Of a stretch of DNA of 64,000 bases, positions 46,934-57,335 are shown in pieces. Both the position numbers and the translations under genes were made by a program. How positions within the stretch are numbered: position 1 is the stretch's first letter; every line of letters begins with the position of its first letter. The notes beneath the pieces are model-generated. The model made no database searches, was not told the DNA's origin, and saw nothing but the letters and a program-made list of their open reading frames with translations. Origin of the DNA: Schleiferiaceae bacterium (GTDB lineage: Bacteria; Bacteroidota; Bacteroidia; Flavobacteriales; Schleiferiaceae); the NCBI GenBank assembly GCA_018401735.1, contig JAGYKI010000012.1, positions 6,683 to 70,682 on the forward strand, given 5' to 3'.

Positions 46934-49819
46934 TCATCGTTTATGATCAAACTCATAAACAATCGAAAAATAAGCAAGACGGCCTACTCTTGGGCCACCA
47001 TAAACTTGAAAGACTTTATTATTTAATAAGTTAGATGCACCCAACTTAAAGGTAGAGTGCCAAGTATCAACTGTATAGCTCATTTGAGCGTCAAGTAGGT
47101 CATAGCTATTAATAAAGCCGGTAAATTGAGGCGAACCTTCAAACCGGAAACCTTCAATCCACTTATAAGTTACCGCGAAGCCCAAATTATTCTTAGATCC
47201 CTTCTTTAAGCGGTAATTTCTTCCGCTAAAACTTAGGTTAAACTTATTTTCCGGGGTGTTAAAAGCTGGGATAATCGGATCCTCTTCGCCGTCCTCTGAA
47301 AGCTGATCGGCGTAAAAAGTTTCGGTAATAAAGTTTCGGCCCGGGTTTAAATTAATGCTGTTATAAGAATAGTTTCCTCCTAATGATAGGTGATCATCTA
47401 TATAATAATTAACTCCGAAATTTAGTCCTTGCGTGGTTACCAAGGTTTGTGCGTTGGCTGCCACTCGATAGGCACGCACTGAGCGCACGAAATCGGGAAC
47501 GTTTTGATCGAAGGTTAGGTCTAAACCAAATTGAAAACCGATAAAACTAGTATACCAAGAATGGAAATAATTCACATCTACAAAGACCCTTTTAAACCAA
47601 GACCCGCGATAGCCAATTTCAGCGGTGGTTACTCGTTCAGGTTCTATTGGAGCTACATCGAAAAAAGTAAGATTATCACGATTTAACTGTGCTTGAGAGC
47701 GGTAAAAATCGAAAGACTCTAACGAAACCAAGTTATTGTAACCATCAATATTACCTAATAAAACCGCCCTACCCACATCATAACGTAAGTATTGATCTTG
47801 TAAAGTCGGATTGCGAATCGCTCGTCCTAAGCTTGTTCTTAAAGTATGCTTTGGATTAATATTGTATACCAATGAAAAGGCGGGTGAAAATAGGTAATCA
47901 AAATTTTGATTCTTATCCATCCTTATAGTAGCACTCGCTTTTAATACCTCACCAAAAAAGTTAGATTCTGCCCCATAATACACCCCAAACTCTTGATTGG
48001 TAATGGTGCGATATTCTTGGCTGATGATATTTCCCACACTGTCGGTAACAATTGAAGAAGGAATAATCTCGTCAAAAATATTTCCACGTGAGTCGGGGGT
48101 ATACATTCTAAAATTACCCCCCATGCGCATCTTCACTCTGTCGGCTACTGTAAGCTGATACTCTCCCATAATATGATAAAGCGCCGACTTATCGTAAAAT
48201 CGAGAACCACCCTCCGTAAAGGTTTTACCCGTTACATCATTAAAAATCGAGTCGTACTGAGCGGTACCAGGTGCAAATCTTCCTGTGGAAACAATATTTA
48301 GAAGGCTATCGTGAAAACCTGCTAACAATTCGTTGTATTCTCTTAAAATATTTTGGTACTCATTATTAAAAAAGGCCGAATCAAAAGTAGCTGCTCCTAC
48401 ATTAAAACCGGCTGCTGTTTGAAAAGCTTGATTAAAGCGAAAAGGTCTTTTCCAGGCTGCGGCATAATTCTGATTCCAAGTACCTTCATCGCCTAGCATA
48501 ATATCATTCATCTTAAAGGCAGTAAGTACCGCATCGTAACTTTCACCCGCATCTTCATTGGTCGCATAGGCGCGAATAAAGAATTTATCCTTTTTCTTCA
48601 CCTCTACGATATTCTGCATAAAGCGAATACCATTTAAGCTAAATCGATTCTCCCCTTGGTAAACCGTAGTTCCTGTTCCATAATTAAGAGTATAGCTGAA
48701 CTGCACATCCTTCTCGGTACGGTAAAAAAGACCAATGTTTCCTTTAAAGTTGCGGGTATCGTAATTTACTAAATCTGGCTCCTTGAAACCAGGACGATAA
48801 AAAGTTCCTAAACCTGGTACATCATTAAACTTCACGTCTGTAAAGCTGCCTCTTTCGTTATTAGAAGCTAAGCTTTCATCCCCATAGATATTAACTGCAT
48901 CAAAACGACCAGGGTTATCGGCTCCAACGTCAGAGTCATCGATGGGGTCGTAATTATCGGCTTCCCAATCATCAGCACGCAAGTAAAAAAGGTTAATCTT
49001 AAACGCAAAATCCTCGCGCTCTTTATTGAAAAGTTTAAAAGCTTCGGCATAGCGCACGGACGTTTCCGATAAGGCCCGCTCTCCTACTTTCTGACTAAAG
49101 GATAAGCCTTGAAAACGAAAAGGATCTTTGGTAGTCATCGAGATTACACCGTTAAATGCGCCTGGACCATAAAATGCCGTAGAAGCGCCCGCAATGATAT
49201 CTACATTTAAAATATCCAATTCATTGGCTCCTAAAAAGTTACCGAGTGAAAAGTTCAGACCGGGTGCTTGGTTATCTACCCCATCAATAAGCTGCAAGGA
49301 ACGAACGGGCGAAGTAGAGTTGAAACCGCGCGTATTGATAATCTTGAAACCAATACTAGCAGATGTTAAATCAACCCCCTTTAAGTTTCCTAAGGCTTCA
49401 TAAAAATTCGCTGCTGGGGTTTCTTTAATGGCTAAATTATCGAGCGCTTCTACCGTAAGGGCAGACTCACGCTGTTTTGCACTTAACCTTTGTTCGATGA
49501 TATCTACTGAAGCTAACATTTGGCTGTCTTCGCTTAGTTCTATTACTAAAGGATCTTTGAGGCTTTTTACCACTACTTCCTTCTTCTGATAGCCAATAAA
49601 GCTAAGTTCTAGGGTAATTGGTAAGCGGTTTTTCCCAAGAGCTAGTGTAAAATTTCCGTCAAAATCGGTGGAAGTTCCTGTACTGGTGCCTTTAAAAATC
49701 ACGTTGGCCATGATTACTGCTTCCCCGCTATTTGCGTCTATTACCCTGCCCTTAATCTCTTGAGCAACAGAATAATGCCCTACAAGAAGCAAGGCCAATA
49801 AAATGATTGTATTCTTCAA
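46934..49819 (-). CDS. TonB-dependent receptor with carboxypeptidase-regulatory-like N-terminal domain
   Basis: GTSTDFDGNF; INTRGFNS; GASTAFYGPGAFNG; C-terminal YFSIVYEF. Confidence 0.92.
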   Translation of the reverse strand: MKNTIILLALLLVGHYSVAQEIKGRVIDANSGEAVIMANVIFKGTSTGTSTDFDGNFTLALGKNRLPITLELSFIGYQKKEVVVKSLKDPLVIELSEDSQMLASVDIIEQRLSAKQRESALTVEALDNLAIKETPAANFYEALGNLKGVDLTSASIGFKIINTRGFNSTSPVRSLQLIDGVDNQAPGLNFSLGNFLGANELDILNVDIIAGASTAFYGPGAFNGVISMTTKDPFRFQGLSFSQKVGERALSETSVRYAEAFKLFNKEREDFAFKINLFYLRADDWEADNYDPIDDSDVGADNPGRFDAVNIYGDESLASNNERGSFTDVKFNDVPGLGTFYRPGFKEPDLVNYDTRNFKGNIGLFYRTEKDVQFSYTLNYGTGTTVYQGENRFSLNGIRFMQNIVEVKKKDKFFIRAYATNEDAGESYDAVLTAFKMNDIMLGDEGTWNQNYAAAWKRPFRFNQAFQTAAGFNVGAATFDSAFFNNEYQNILREYNELLAGFHDSLLNIVSTGRFAPGTAQYDSIFNDVTGKTFTEGGSRFYDKSALYHIMGEYQLTVADRVKMRMGGNFRMYTPDSRGNIFDEIIPSSIVTDSVGNIISQEYRTITNQEFGVYYGAESNFFGEVLKASATIRMDKNQNFDYLFSPAFSLVYNINPKHTLRTSLGRAIRNPTLQDQYLRYDVGRAVLLGNIDGYNNLVSLESFDFYRSQAQLNRDNLTFFDVAPIEPERVTTAEIGYRGSWFKRVFVDVNYFHSWYTSFIGFQFGLDLTFDQNVPDFVRSVRAYRVAANAQTLVTTQGLNFGVNYYIDDHLSLGGNYSYNSINLNPGRNFITETFYADQLSEDGEEDPIIPAFNTPENKFNLSFSGRNYRLKKGSKNNLGFAVTYKWIEGFRFEGSPQFTGFINSYDLLDAQMSYTVDTWHSTFKLGASNLLNNKVFQVYGGPRVGRLAYFSIVYEFDHKR

Positions 49820-49910
49820 GTTCCTTAAAAATTTTTAACAAGCCCCAAACTAAGCAATTCTTATTGAATAATGAACTAAGATTTAGCGGCTTATTTCTAT
49901 TTTTGCCGAC

Positions 49911-50651
49911 ATGATAAACGGAAAAAAAATTGTGGTGGTTCTCCCAGCCTACAATGCTGAGAAAACTTTAGAGCGCACCTATAATGAAATACCTTTCGAA
50001 ATCGTTGACGAGGTAGTTTTAGTGGATGATAATTCTACCGACGATACCATCGGCGAAGGACAACGTTTAGGTATTAAACATATCATTCCACACGAAAAAA
50101 ACAAAGGTTACGGGGGTAACCAAAAGTCTTGTTACAACAAAGCTTTAGCACTCGGTGGCGATATCGTAATCATGCTTCACCCCGATTATCAATATACGCC
50201 AAAGCTAATAGAATCCATGTCTTACCTTATTGCCAATGAGGTATATCCTGTAGTATTAGGCTCGCGAATTTTAGGTAAAGGCGCCTTAAAAGGGGGAATG
50301 CCTTGGTATAAATATTTGGCCAACCGTATTCTTACTCTTAGCCAGAATATTCTATTGAATCAAAAGCTTTCAGAATACCATACGGGCTATCGTGCTTTTT
50401 CTAAAGAAGTATTGGAGAGAACCGACTTTAATGTAAACTCCGACGATTTTGTTTTTGATAATCAGATGCTAGCGCAAATTTTTTACGCTGGCTTTGAAAT
50501 CGCCGAAATCACTTGCCCCACCAAATATTTTGAGGAAGCAAGCTCTATTAACTTTAAGCGCAGTGCTATTTATGGACTGGGAGTACTTAAAGTTTCCTTT
50601 CAATACCGTTTAGCAAAGTGGGGAATTAGTAAACCCAACTACCTCTCCTGA
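49911..50651 (+). CDS. Glycosyltransferase family 2 (polyprenol-phosphate sugar synthase-like)
   Basis: VVLPAYNAE; VDDNSTD; NKGYGG; HPDYQY; LSEYHTGYRAF. Confidence 0.92.
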   Translation: MINGKKIVVVLPAYNAEKTLERTYNEIPFEIVDEVVLVDDNSTDDTIGEGQRLGIKHIIPHEKNKGYGGNQKSCYNKALALGGDIVIMLHPDYQYTPKLIESMSYLIANEVYPVVLGSRILGKGALKGGMPWYKYLANRILTLSQNILLNQKLSEYHTGYRAFSKEVLERTDFNVNSDDFVFDNQMLAQIFYAGFEIAEITCPTKYFEEASSINFKRSAIYGLGVLKVSFQYRLAKWGISKPNYLS

Positions 50652-52303
50652 GCTGGTCTTCGGAAGAAATAAAATCCATTTTTACTATACATTAGCTCTG
50701 CATCAGGAATTTCCTTTTGTAGGGCTTCTACTTTAGTAAGCTTAGTAGAAATAAGTACATCACGGTCAATATCGCCATGGAATAACCATTCTCTATTAGT
50801 AGCTTCTGGATTTTCGTAATCTTCTATGCGGGCATAGAACCATGGGACATAACTTTTATAGCCGTAAGTACTTACATATACTTCTTTTCCTTGCTGTGCT
50901 TCAAAAAACTCTACTGCCGCTCTTTGGCTGATGCGCTCTACTTTACCAATAAAGAATACTAGGCTTACAAAGGTCCAAGCCGCTGTTCCGAAAAACAATA
51001 CTCGTGAAGAAAATATTGGGTGTTTTTGCTGATATAAGGTATAGACCATCAATAAACTAATCATCAAAATGGCTGGAATAAAGTCGAGCCAAGACCAAGG
51101 AACTTCGGCTTCTAAATTAGCCATGGCAAAAGCATCCTTCTCAAATAAGAACTTCACCTCTTCTAAATGTAATCCCGCCCAAGGCAGAAGCGCAGAAATA
51201 AGCGAAACTAAAATGCCTATAAATAGCAGTAAAACAAGCACCCAACGTGGATTTCTGCGCGGATATTCGCTCATTTGCCAAAGACTTAAGGCGGCTAAAA
51301 AGCTGATCGGATAATAGGCCATCGAACTGTAATGTATAATCTTCGTGCCTACCAAAGAGAAGAGTACTAAAATAACCACCAAAAGTATAATCATCCATTT
51401 TTGGAAATCGGCTATTTGAGTATGAATACCTTTTATTCTGCCCAATCCGCGTAAAGCGAAAACACTAGCGGGGAAACAACCGAAGAGTAAAACTACAAAA
51501 TGATATCCTGGAAAGCCGCCGTGTCCCGCATCATTTGTAGTTAACAGCTCCCATTGTCTAATAGTGAATTCAATTAAAAAATCGGGACCATGTAAACTGG
51601 CATCGATGCCAAACCATAGTAAAAATACCAGCAAGGCTACGAATGAATAGATAAAGAAATTCTTCAGGCTTAATCCAAAACGGAAAGAATGAAGCAAGGC
51701 ATAAGCTAAGACCGTCAGAAATATTATAAGATAGGCTACTGGACCTTTAGTTAGTATGGCTAAACCAACGGAAACCCCGCCTATTATTAGGTAATAGTGT
51801 GCTTTATGCGCAAGAAAAACGCGGTTAATATTATTCACCTTCCACAAATAGTGAATCAGAAAAAATAAACCATTGAAAATAAAAAAGTTGAAAAGCGGAT
51901 CGATAATTCCACTTTTAAAATAAAGGAAAGGTAAAATACTACCAAACCAACTAAGAGCCCATAAATAACCAAATTTACGGTCTACCAAAAATTTCCCACT
52001 GATGTATAAAAATGGTAAAACGATGATACCTAATAAGGCATTGGGAAAGCGGGCGGCAAATTCACTAACACCAAAAATTGACATCGCGATCGCCTGAAAC
52101 CAGAAAAACAGTGGTGGCTTTTCGGTAAAACGCTCGTAATTTATTTGCAATTGCAACCAATCACCCGTTACTACGATTTCGCGCGCCAGCTCGGCAAAAT
52201 TTATTTCGTCCCAGTCAAATAAGTGAACCCCGCCCAAAAAGGGCAAAAAGAATAGGGCAGCTAAAAACGCCCAAAACCAAGTGTTTTTATCGAAATACTT
52301 CAT
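50639..52303 (-). CDS. ArnT/GT39-like membrane glycosyltransferase
   Basis: HLFDWDEINFAELARE; EKPPLFFW; ARFPNA; LTKGP. Confidence 0.9.
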   Translation of the reverse strand: MKYFDKNTWFWAFLAALFFLPFLGGVHLFDWDEINFAELAREIVVTGDWLQLQINYERFTEKPPLFFWFQAIAMSIFGVSEFAARFPNALLGIIVLPFLYISGKFLVDRKFGYLWALSWFGSILPFLYFKSGIIDPLFNFFIFNGLFFLIHYLWKVNNINRVFLAHKAHYYLIIGGVSVGLAILTKGPVAYLIIFLTVLAYALLHSFRFGLSLKNFFIYSFVALLVFLLWFGIDASLHGPDFLIEFTIRQWELLTTNDAGHGGFPGYHFVVLLFGCFPASVFALRGLGRIKGIHTQIADFQKWMIILLVVILVLFSLVGTKIIHYSSMAYYPISFLAALSLWQMSEYPRRNPRWVLVLLLFIGILVSLISALLPWAGLHLEEVKFLFEKDAFAMANLEAEVPWSWLDFIPAILMISLLMVYTLYQQKHPIFSSRVLFFGTAAWTFVSLVFFIGKVERISQRAAVEFFEAQQGKEVYVSTYGYKSYVPWFYARIEDYENPEATNREWLFHGDIDRDVLISTKLTKVEALQKEIPDAELMYSKNGFYFFRRPAQER

Positions 52304-52947
52304 GTTAGATCAATCCATTTTTTCGACCAAAATTCAGATTTAAGTCGTTGCGCCCAATAGCTAGCAAAAAAAGCAATAAAGGTCCCTAAAAGGGCTCCAG
52401 CGGTAACGTCACGTAAAAAGTGCATCGATAAATACATACGCGAATAAGCTACTCCCACTGCTATTATTAAACATATTATTTTCCATGGCCATTTAGCCAC
52501 GCTTAATGCTATTAAACCCCATGCTGCAAAGGCTGCGGTGGTATGGCCACTAGGGAAAGAGCGGTAATAATGGGGCTTTACCCCTGGTATTTGCCGCAAA
52601 TCCGTCTCAATTATTTCAAAATACTTTATGGGCCTAGGTTCCTCTTTGTTGAGCTGTTTCAGCACGCCGCTAATCACAAGCGTAAGTAAAGCTGCTATCA
52701 ATAACGAAAAACTGAAGTATCGCTTTTGGAAAAGTGCGGCCACCAATAATAGTGGAAAAATAATACCATCACCCAAATAGGTATAAATAGGAAAGAAGGC
52801 ATCTGCCCACGGAGCATGAATACCATTTATAAACAGATGAATTTCTTCTTTGGAGTAATTTCCCAAAAAATAAGCAGCCCCAATTACACAAAGCGCGACT
52901 AGGGCTAAATAAATTCTATGTTGACGAAAATGGGCCGTCAAGCTCAT
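52300..52947 (-). CDS. PAP2-family phosphatase
   Basis: KxxxxxxRP (KEEPRP), SFPSGH and SRMYLSMHF motifs. Confidence 0.9.
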   Translation of the reverse strand: MSLTAHFRQHRIYLALVALCVIGAAYFLGNYSKEEIHLFINGIHAPWADAFFPIYTYLGDGIIFPLLLVAALFQKRYFSFSLLIAALLTLVISGVLKQLNKEEPRPIKYFEIIETDLRQIPGVKPHYYRSFPSGHTTAAFAAWGLIALSVAKWPWKIICLIIAVGVAYSRMYLSMHFLRDVTAGALLGTFIAFFASYWAQRLKSEFWSKKWIDLT

Positions 52948-52948
52948 T

Positions 52949-53338
52949 TTATGAACCTATAGTGTGGAGTAATTGATGAATTTGACTGTCCCAAAGTAGT
53001 TTATCTTCTTCCACTTCATCTTCTTCACTGTGATCAGTAATTATAATGGAAGTGTCATTGGTTAATTCGTCTACCTCAATGCGAAATTCGAAAAAATATT
53101 TGTTCCCTTCTTCTTCATCTTCATCCCAACGGAATCGAATAAATTGATCTTTCTTTTTTGCGATGCGATAGGCGTCTCTCTCATCACCATCCCAAATAAA
53201 GGTAAACTTGTCTCCTCGGGAATTAACGTCATCTGAAAACCATTCTGACAATCCACTAGGAGTTGATAAATAGGGAAATAACATGGCTGGTGAGGCCTTA
53301 ACTGGAAACTCTAACTCGATCTTTACTCTATCGGACAT
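52949..53338 (-). CDS. START-like domain protein
   Basis: LSTPSGLSEWFSDDV; FTFIWDG; IIITD. Confidence 0.85.
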   Translation of the reverse strand: MSDRVKIELEFPVKASPAMLFPYLSTPSGLSEWFSDDVNSRGDKFTFIWDGDERDAYRIAKKKDQFIRFRWDEDEEEGNKYFFEFRIEVDELTNDTSIIITDHSEEDEVEEDKLLWDSQIHQLLHTIGS

Positions 53339-53722
53339 TTGCTTTGTATTGCATTGCTATTGATTGTCGCAATATATAAAAAATTAAACCTGACTTAGAT
53401 TAATAATTGTCCACTTGGCCTTTTAGCTCGGCTGCAAAAAATGTAGTGGCCTTACTTCAAATCCAAGATCATTCTCGTTCCCTTAGGTTGAGATAATATA
53501 AAATCCAATGGGATCGGCAACTCAGACTCTGTGCTAGGGTGATTCCTGCTATGAATATCGCCTAGAGGAATTTCAAATAAAACTGTATTTTATCTCAAGT
53601 TTGCCTTGTACTCCGCGTCCCCATAAATGGCTACTACTCTATACTACAGACTTTTAGTAGCTCCTTTTTATTTTAAATTCCACGCCAACATAGTTTAAGA
53701 ATGAAAAACTGGTAAATTTCTC

Positions 53723-53752
53723 TTTGCGGATATAGATTAGTGTTTATATTTG
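53723..53752 (+). promoter_or_regulatory. Bacteroidota housekeeping promoter for the tRNA
   Basis: TTTG (53723-53726) and TATATTTG (53745-53752). Confidence 0.7.
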
Positions 53753-53764
53753 CCGCCCGTAAAC

Positions 53765-53838
53765 GGCGAGGTAGCTCAGATGGTTAGAGCGTCGGATTCA
53801 TAACCCGGAGGTCGCGAGTTCAATTCTCGCTCTCGCTA
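53765..53838 (+). tRNA. tRNA-Met (CAT), non-initiator type; CCA not encoded
   Basis: Cloverleaf with GGCGAGG/TCTCGCT acceptor stem, TTCATAA anticodon loop and GTTCAA T-loop. Ile2 identity is not excluded. Confidence 0.92.
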
Positions 53839-53846
53839 CAAAAAAT

Positions 53847-53875
53847 AAAAGGTTGCCAATTAGGCAGCCTTTTTT
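53847..53875 (+). terminator. tRNA terminator
   Basis: aaaaggttgcc-aatta-ggcagcctttttt. Confidence 0.8.
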
Positions 53876-54129
53876 GTTTTTTACCTCTCTTATTATTTTA
53901 GCTGAACTCGCTTCGCTTATAACCTATTCCTTATACCTATTTTAAGAAGGCATCTTATTTTTCCGCTATAAAAGCATATTGCCCTTTCGCAGAGGTAAAA
54001 GGGAAGTCATCTCTAGTATAAGCATATACATTCCATTTAAAAGCAGGCAGGGCCATAAAGGGCTAAAACATGGCTTAAAAATAATAAGGTAAAGGGAGAA
54101 CGGATAAGGTTTTCCTTCATTTAGTTCTA

Positions 54130-54375
54130 TTAATTTGCGCGACCCGCCCGAATAAAATAACGACCCGTGCCAATAAGAATAGCCGGAATAACCAGATGTA
54201 AAACCCACAAAAGAAGCTTATCCATCTCCCCTTTCATCTGAAACTCATCTGGCTCCGACTGGTAGGTTTCCCACATAACGGGAAGCTCATGGTATATAAC
54301 TTTGGCTTGTAGGGCCAAGTCTATTAAAATCACAATCGAAATAATGATAAGTAGGTAACCGATAAACTTTTTCAA
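54130..54375 (-). CDS. Small hypothetical membrane protein (2 TM)
   Basis: Two hydrophobic helices; the TTG start at 54375 is assumed. Confidence 0.5.
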   Translation of the reverse strand: MKKFIGYLLIIISIVILIDLALQAKVIYHELPVMWETYQSEPDEFQMKGEMDKLLLWVLHLVIPAILIGTGRYFIRAGRAN

Positions 54376-54571
54376 GGTGGTAATTTTATTGTTTGGGCAA
54401 ATATAATTAATAAGCTGAGCTTGTACTAAAATCATTTAGCAAAGCCATTGCAATAGAGAGACTTTCGTGAAAAATGGAGTAAAAAGTGGAAAGGAAGTAG
54501 ACACTCCATTATGCATGCCTAATAGGAATTTCCTCAAAAACATTAAGCACTTAGGGTGTCTTTCTATACAG

Positions 54572-57262
54572 TTAGAAGCGGTTAAAGTCTCCTACTCCTC
54601 TATTGCGTTGCAATTTAAGATCTTGTAGTATGGAAGACTTAACTCGAATAGTTAGCATATACGACTGTTGAAAGCCAAAGGGTACCCATGTACAGCTTAA
54701 ATCCCAACAATGTAAATCGCGGTGGAAGTTAAAAGTAGTAAAGGTAAAATCATTAGCTTTTAAATCATAACCGGTTCGAAAGCCGATTTTCCAACCTTTA
54801 CTTAGATCAATATCGGCCGAAAGATCAACACTTTGATTGATATTGGCTTCTGCTGCACCAGGTTTACTGAAACTTAAGTTATAATTTAAATTAAGCGACC
54901 AGGGCACGCTAAAATCTACGTAACCGGGCAAGCGGTAATAATCGATATCGCCCTCTGTTATTCCTAATGCCGAGGCCTGTGCTTGCTGTTTAGCTTTCTC
55001 ATCTTCACTGGCCTGTTGGCTTTCTTCACTATCCTTTTTCTTTTTAAAACGATTAGCATCTAATCGCGATCCTAAAGTAAAGCGCTGACTAGTAACTCGC
55101 ACAAGACCCGCTCCTCTATTTACGCTATACTCATCCACTCTTCTATTCAATTCAGCATCAAAGTGATAAGGATCAAGGGTTGCATTGTAGTTAATATTTA
55201 CCAAATTGTTAAAAATTGTCGATGATGCGGCCAAGCTAATGTTACTCATCTTAAATTCTTCTGCCGCCATATTATAGGAGCCATTCATGCTTAAACGCTC
55301 CAAAATTTTAATTTTCTTCAGCCCTGTAGAATCCGTTTTCGAGCGAATCTTCGCTTCTAATGTATTCTGTACTCCAAAGTTTAGGTTTCCTTGCCTTCCG
55401 GCAGATGCGGAACCGTAAACACCTCGGGAATAAGGATTTACTAAAGTGGTATTACCCAAAGTATCGCTTTGCACTTCCTCGAAGTATCCCCAAAAGGGAT
55501 CCGAAAAATCAGGGCGATAACTCAAACCAATCCGTGGCGTCATTACATGACGAATGGCCTTAACAAAGCCCTTGTAACGCCATAAACCATAAACCTTGGT
55601 CGATAAGTTTGCACTCGCATTAAACTCACGGTTGGCAAAGAAACCCGATACCGTGTCTATTATTTCTTGGCGATTGGTTTCTTCATTGAATCCATACTGC
55701 AATTTGTTGGGGTACCAGCGCTCGGTGTAGTTTATGCTTGGGTTGAAAACGAAAAACTTAAATACTTTATAATTGGCAGCGATAGGAATATTGTGCTGAA
55801 TTCCCATTCTACTACTATCCCTAAAAACCGTTTCGGTAAAAACGGGCTTGTCCATGCGGGTTTGAATTTGGTTCTTCGCATTAGCAGTATAGGTTATCCC
55901 AATTTCTTCGTACCATTTTTTTTTGCCACTAATCCCACCTTCGCTTTTAAAGGGCATTAAGCGGTTTACCGAAAAGTTGACCTGCGGTAAGGTTAAGGTT
56001 AAATCTTTACTTTGGTTATTTTGACTATGGTTTAAAGCGATATTTAAATTAAAGGGTTTATCGGCCCAACGGCGCGAGAAACTAATAGAAGAGTTTAATC
56101 GGTTCTGTAAAACTTGATCAGGATTTATACTGGTTACTTGATAAAACTGGGTGGTTGCTATATTTACATTCGCACTAAAGCGATAAAATGGATTGGCTTT
56201 AGCATCCTGCTGGTGATTCCAACTAATATTAAAATCACTTCTATTATCAAATGCTCCTCCTACAAAGGCAGCAAATTCAGGCTCCCCAAATTGTAATAAA
56301 TTATAACGCCCACTTAGGCTTCCCGAATATTTATAACGCTTCTTATAGTTGCTAGCGGTTTGTAAACCAAAACCTCCTTTGGTATAGATATCGCCCGTAA
56401 TGGTGAGGTCAAAAAAGTCGTTTGCTGCCCAATAAAATCCTCCGTTTTGCAAAAAATAGCCTCGAAATTGGGAGCTACCATAACTAGGGATTATAATTCC
56501 CGACTTTCGTTTATCGGTGGTAGGGAAAAAGCCGAAAGGAAGCATCAAAGGCGTAGGAACACCTAATAATTCCAAGTACGCGAATTGCGTAACTACTTTT
56601 TCACCAGGTATAACCTTGGCTTTAGGTGTGTGAATTGCAAAGTGAGGATGTTCATGACTACAAGTCGTATAGGAGGCATCTTTCACATAAAAGGCAGATG
56701 ACCCCGTTTTTTTAATCTTTTCGCCGTGTAAAAACCCTTCTCCTTCTTGGGTTATCATTTTATTAATTCGCGCTTTTCCCGATTTAAAATTATAACGCAT
56801 TTCATCCGAGCGATAGGTCTTTCCTTTTTCCGTAAAAAGTGGTTTTTGCTCCATTTTTCCGGTCGAGTCGGCTAAACCTGTGGCGTAAATTTCACTTTTT
56901 TCAAATTCAATGCGGATATAACCAGCCTCAATTTTCATTTCGCCATATTCAATTACGGCTTTATTATACAACTCGATAATACCTCCATCGATGGATTTAG
57001 GAATACTATCTTCGGCATTGTAAATAATATCTGTGTCAATAAAGGACTTTGATTGGGCTGGTTTTGCCTTGCGATTCGTGTCTTGGGGATTAAAAAAGCC
57101 TAAAGTATCAAGGGCATTAGTTGAGTCAACTGTTGCTGTAAGCGGTCTTGAAAGGCTATCCAAGGCTAATTTTGTACTATCCTGCTCTTGACCATAGGCC
57201 AAGTTAGCGAAGCCAACAATGGCCGTTAATAAAATGATAATCTGATAGCTCGATCGACGCAA
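54572..57262 (-). CDS. lptD: Putative LPS assembly protein LptD (Bacteroidota type)
   Basis: YTTCSHEHPHF; GFFPTTDKRKSG; HRDLHCWDLSCTWVPFG. Confidence 0.92.
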   Translation of the reverse strand: MRRSSYQIIILLTAIVGFANLAYGQEQDSTKLALDSLSRPLTATVDSTNALDTLGFFNPQDTNRKAKPAQSKSFIDTDIIYNAEDSIPKSIDGGIIELYNKAVIEYGEMKIEAGYIRIEFEKSEIYATGLADSTGKMEQKPLFTEKGKTYRSDEMRYNFKSGKARINKMITQEGEGFLHGEKIKKTGSSAFYVKDASYTTCSHEHPHFAIHTPKAKVIPGEKVVTQFAYLELLGVPTPLMLPFGFFPTTDKRKSGIIIPSYGSSQFRGYFLQNGGFYWAANDFFDLTITGDIYTKGGFGLQTASNYKKRYKYSGSLSGRYNLLQFGEPEFAAFVGGAFDNRSDFNISWNHQQDAKANPFYRFSANVNIATTQFYQVTSINPDQVLQNRLNSSISFSRRWADKPFNLNIALNHSQNNQSKDLTLTLPQVNFSVNRLMPFKSEGGISGKKKWYEEIGITYTANAKNQIQTRMDKPVFTETVFRDSSRMGIQHNIPIAANYKVFKFFVFNPSINYTERWYPNKLQYGFNEETNRQEIIDTVSGFFANREFNASANLSTKVYGLWRYKGFVKAIRHVMTPRIGLSYRPDFSDPFWGYFEEVQSDTLGNTTLVNPYSRGVYGSASAGRQGNLNFGVQNTLEAKIRSKTDSTGLKKIKILERLSMNGSYNMAAEEFKMSNISLAASSTIFNNLVNINYNATLDPYHFDAELNRRVDEYSVNRGAGLVRVTSQRFTLGSRLDANRFKKKKDSEESQQASEDEKAKQQAQASALGITEGDIDYYRLPGYVDFSVPWSLNLNYNLSFSKPGAAEANINQSVDLSADIDLSKGWKIGFRTGYDLKANDFTFTTFNFHRDLHCWDLSCTWVPFGFQQSYMLTIRVKSSILQDLKLQRNRGVGDFNRF

Positions 57263-57335
57263 TATGAAGATAACTTTGCTTGTTATAAAATTGGCAACGC
57301 AAAATAGCGGCCAAAACTAATCAAAATTCAAACTA

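Noticed and set aside
49820-49910. Riboswitch upstream of the TonB receptor
   Set aside because: The 90-bp AT-rich divergent promoter region has no cobalamin, TPP or other aptamer signature.
53400-53700. Possible decayed ORF or ncRNA in the START-tRNA intergenic region
   Set aside because: Only short stop-interrupted frames and no recognisable RNA motif.
53840-54571. tRNA-anchored genomic island
   Set aside because: No integrase and no duplicated tRNA 3' end seen in the window; only one small membrane ORF and a possible fragment.
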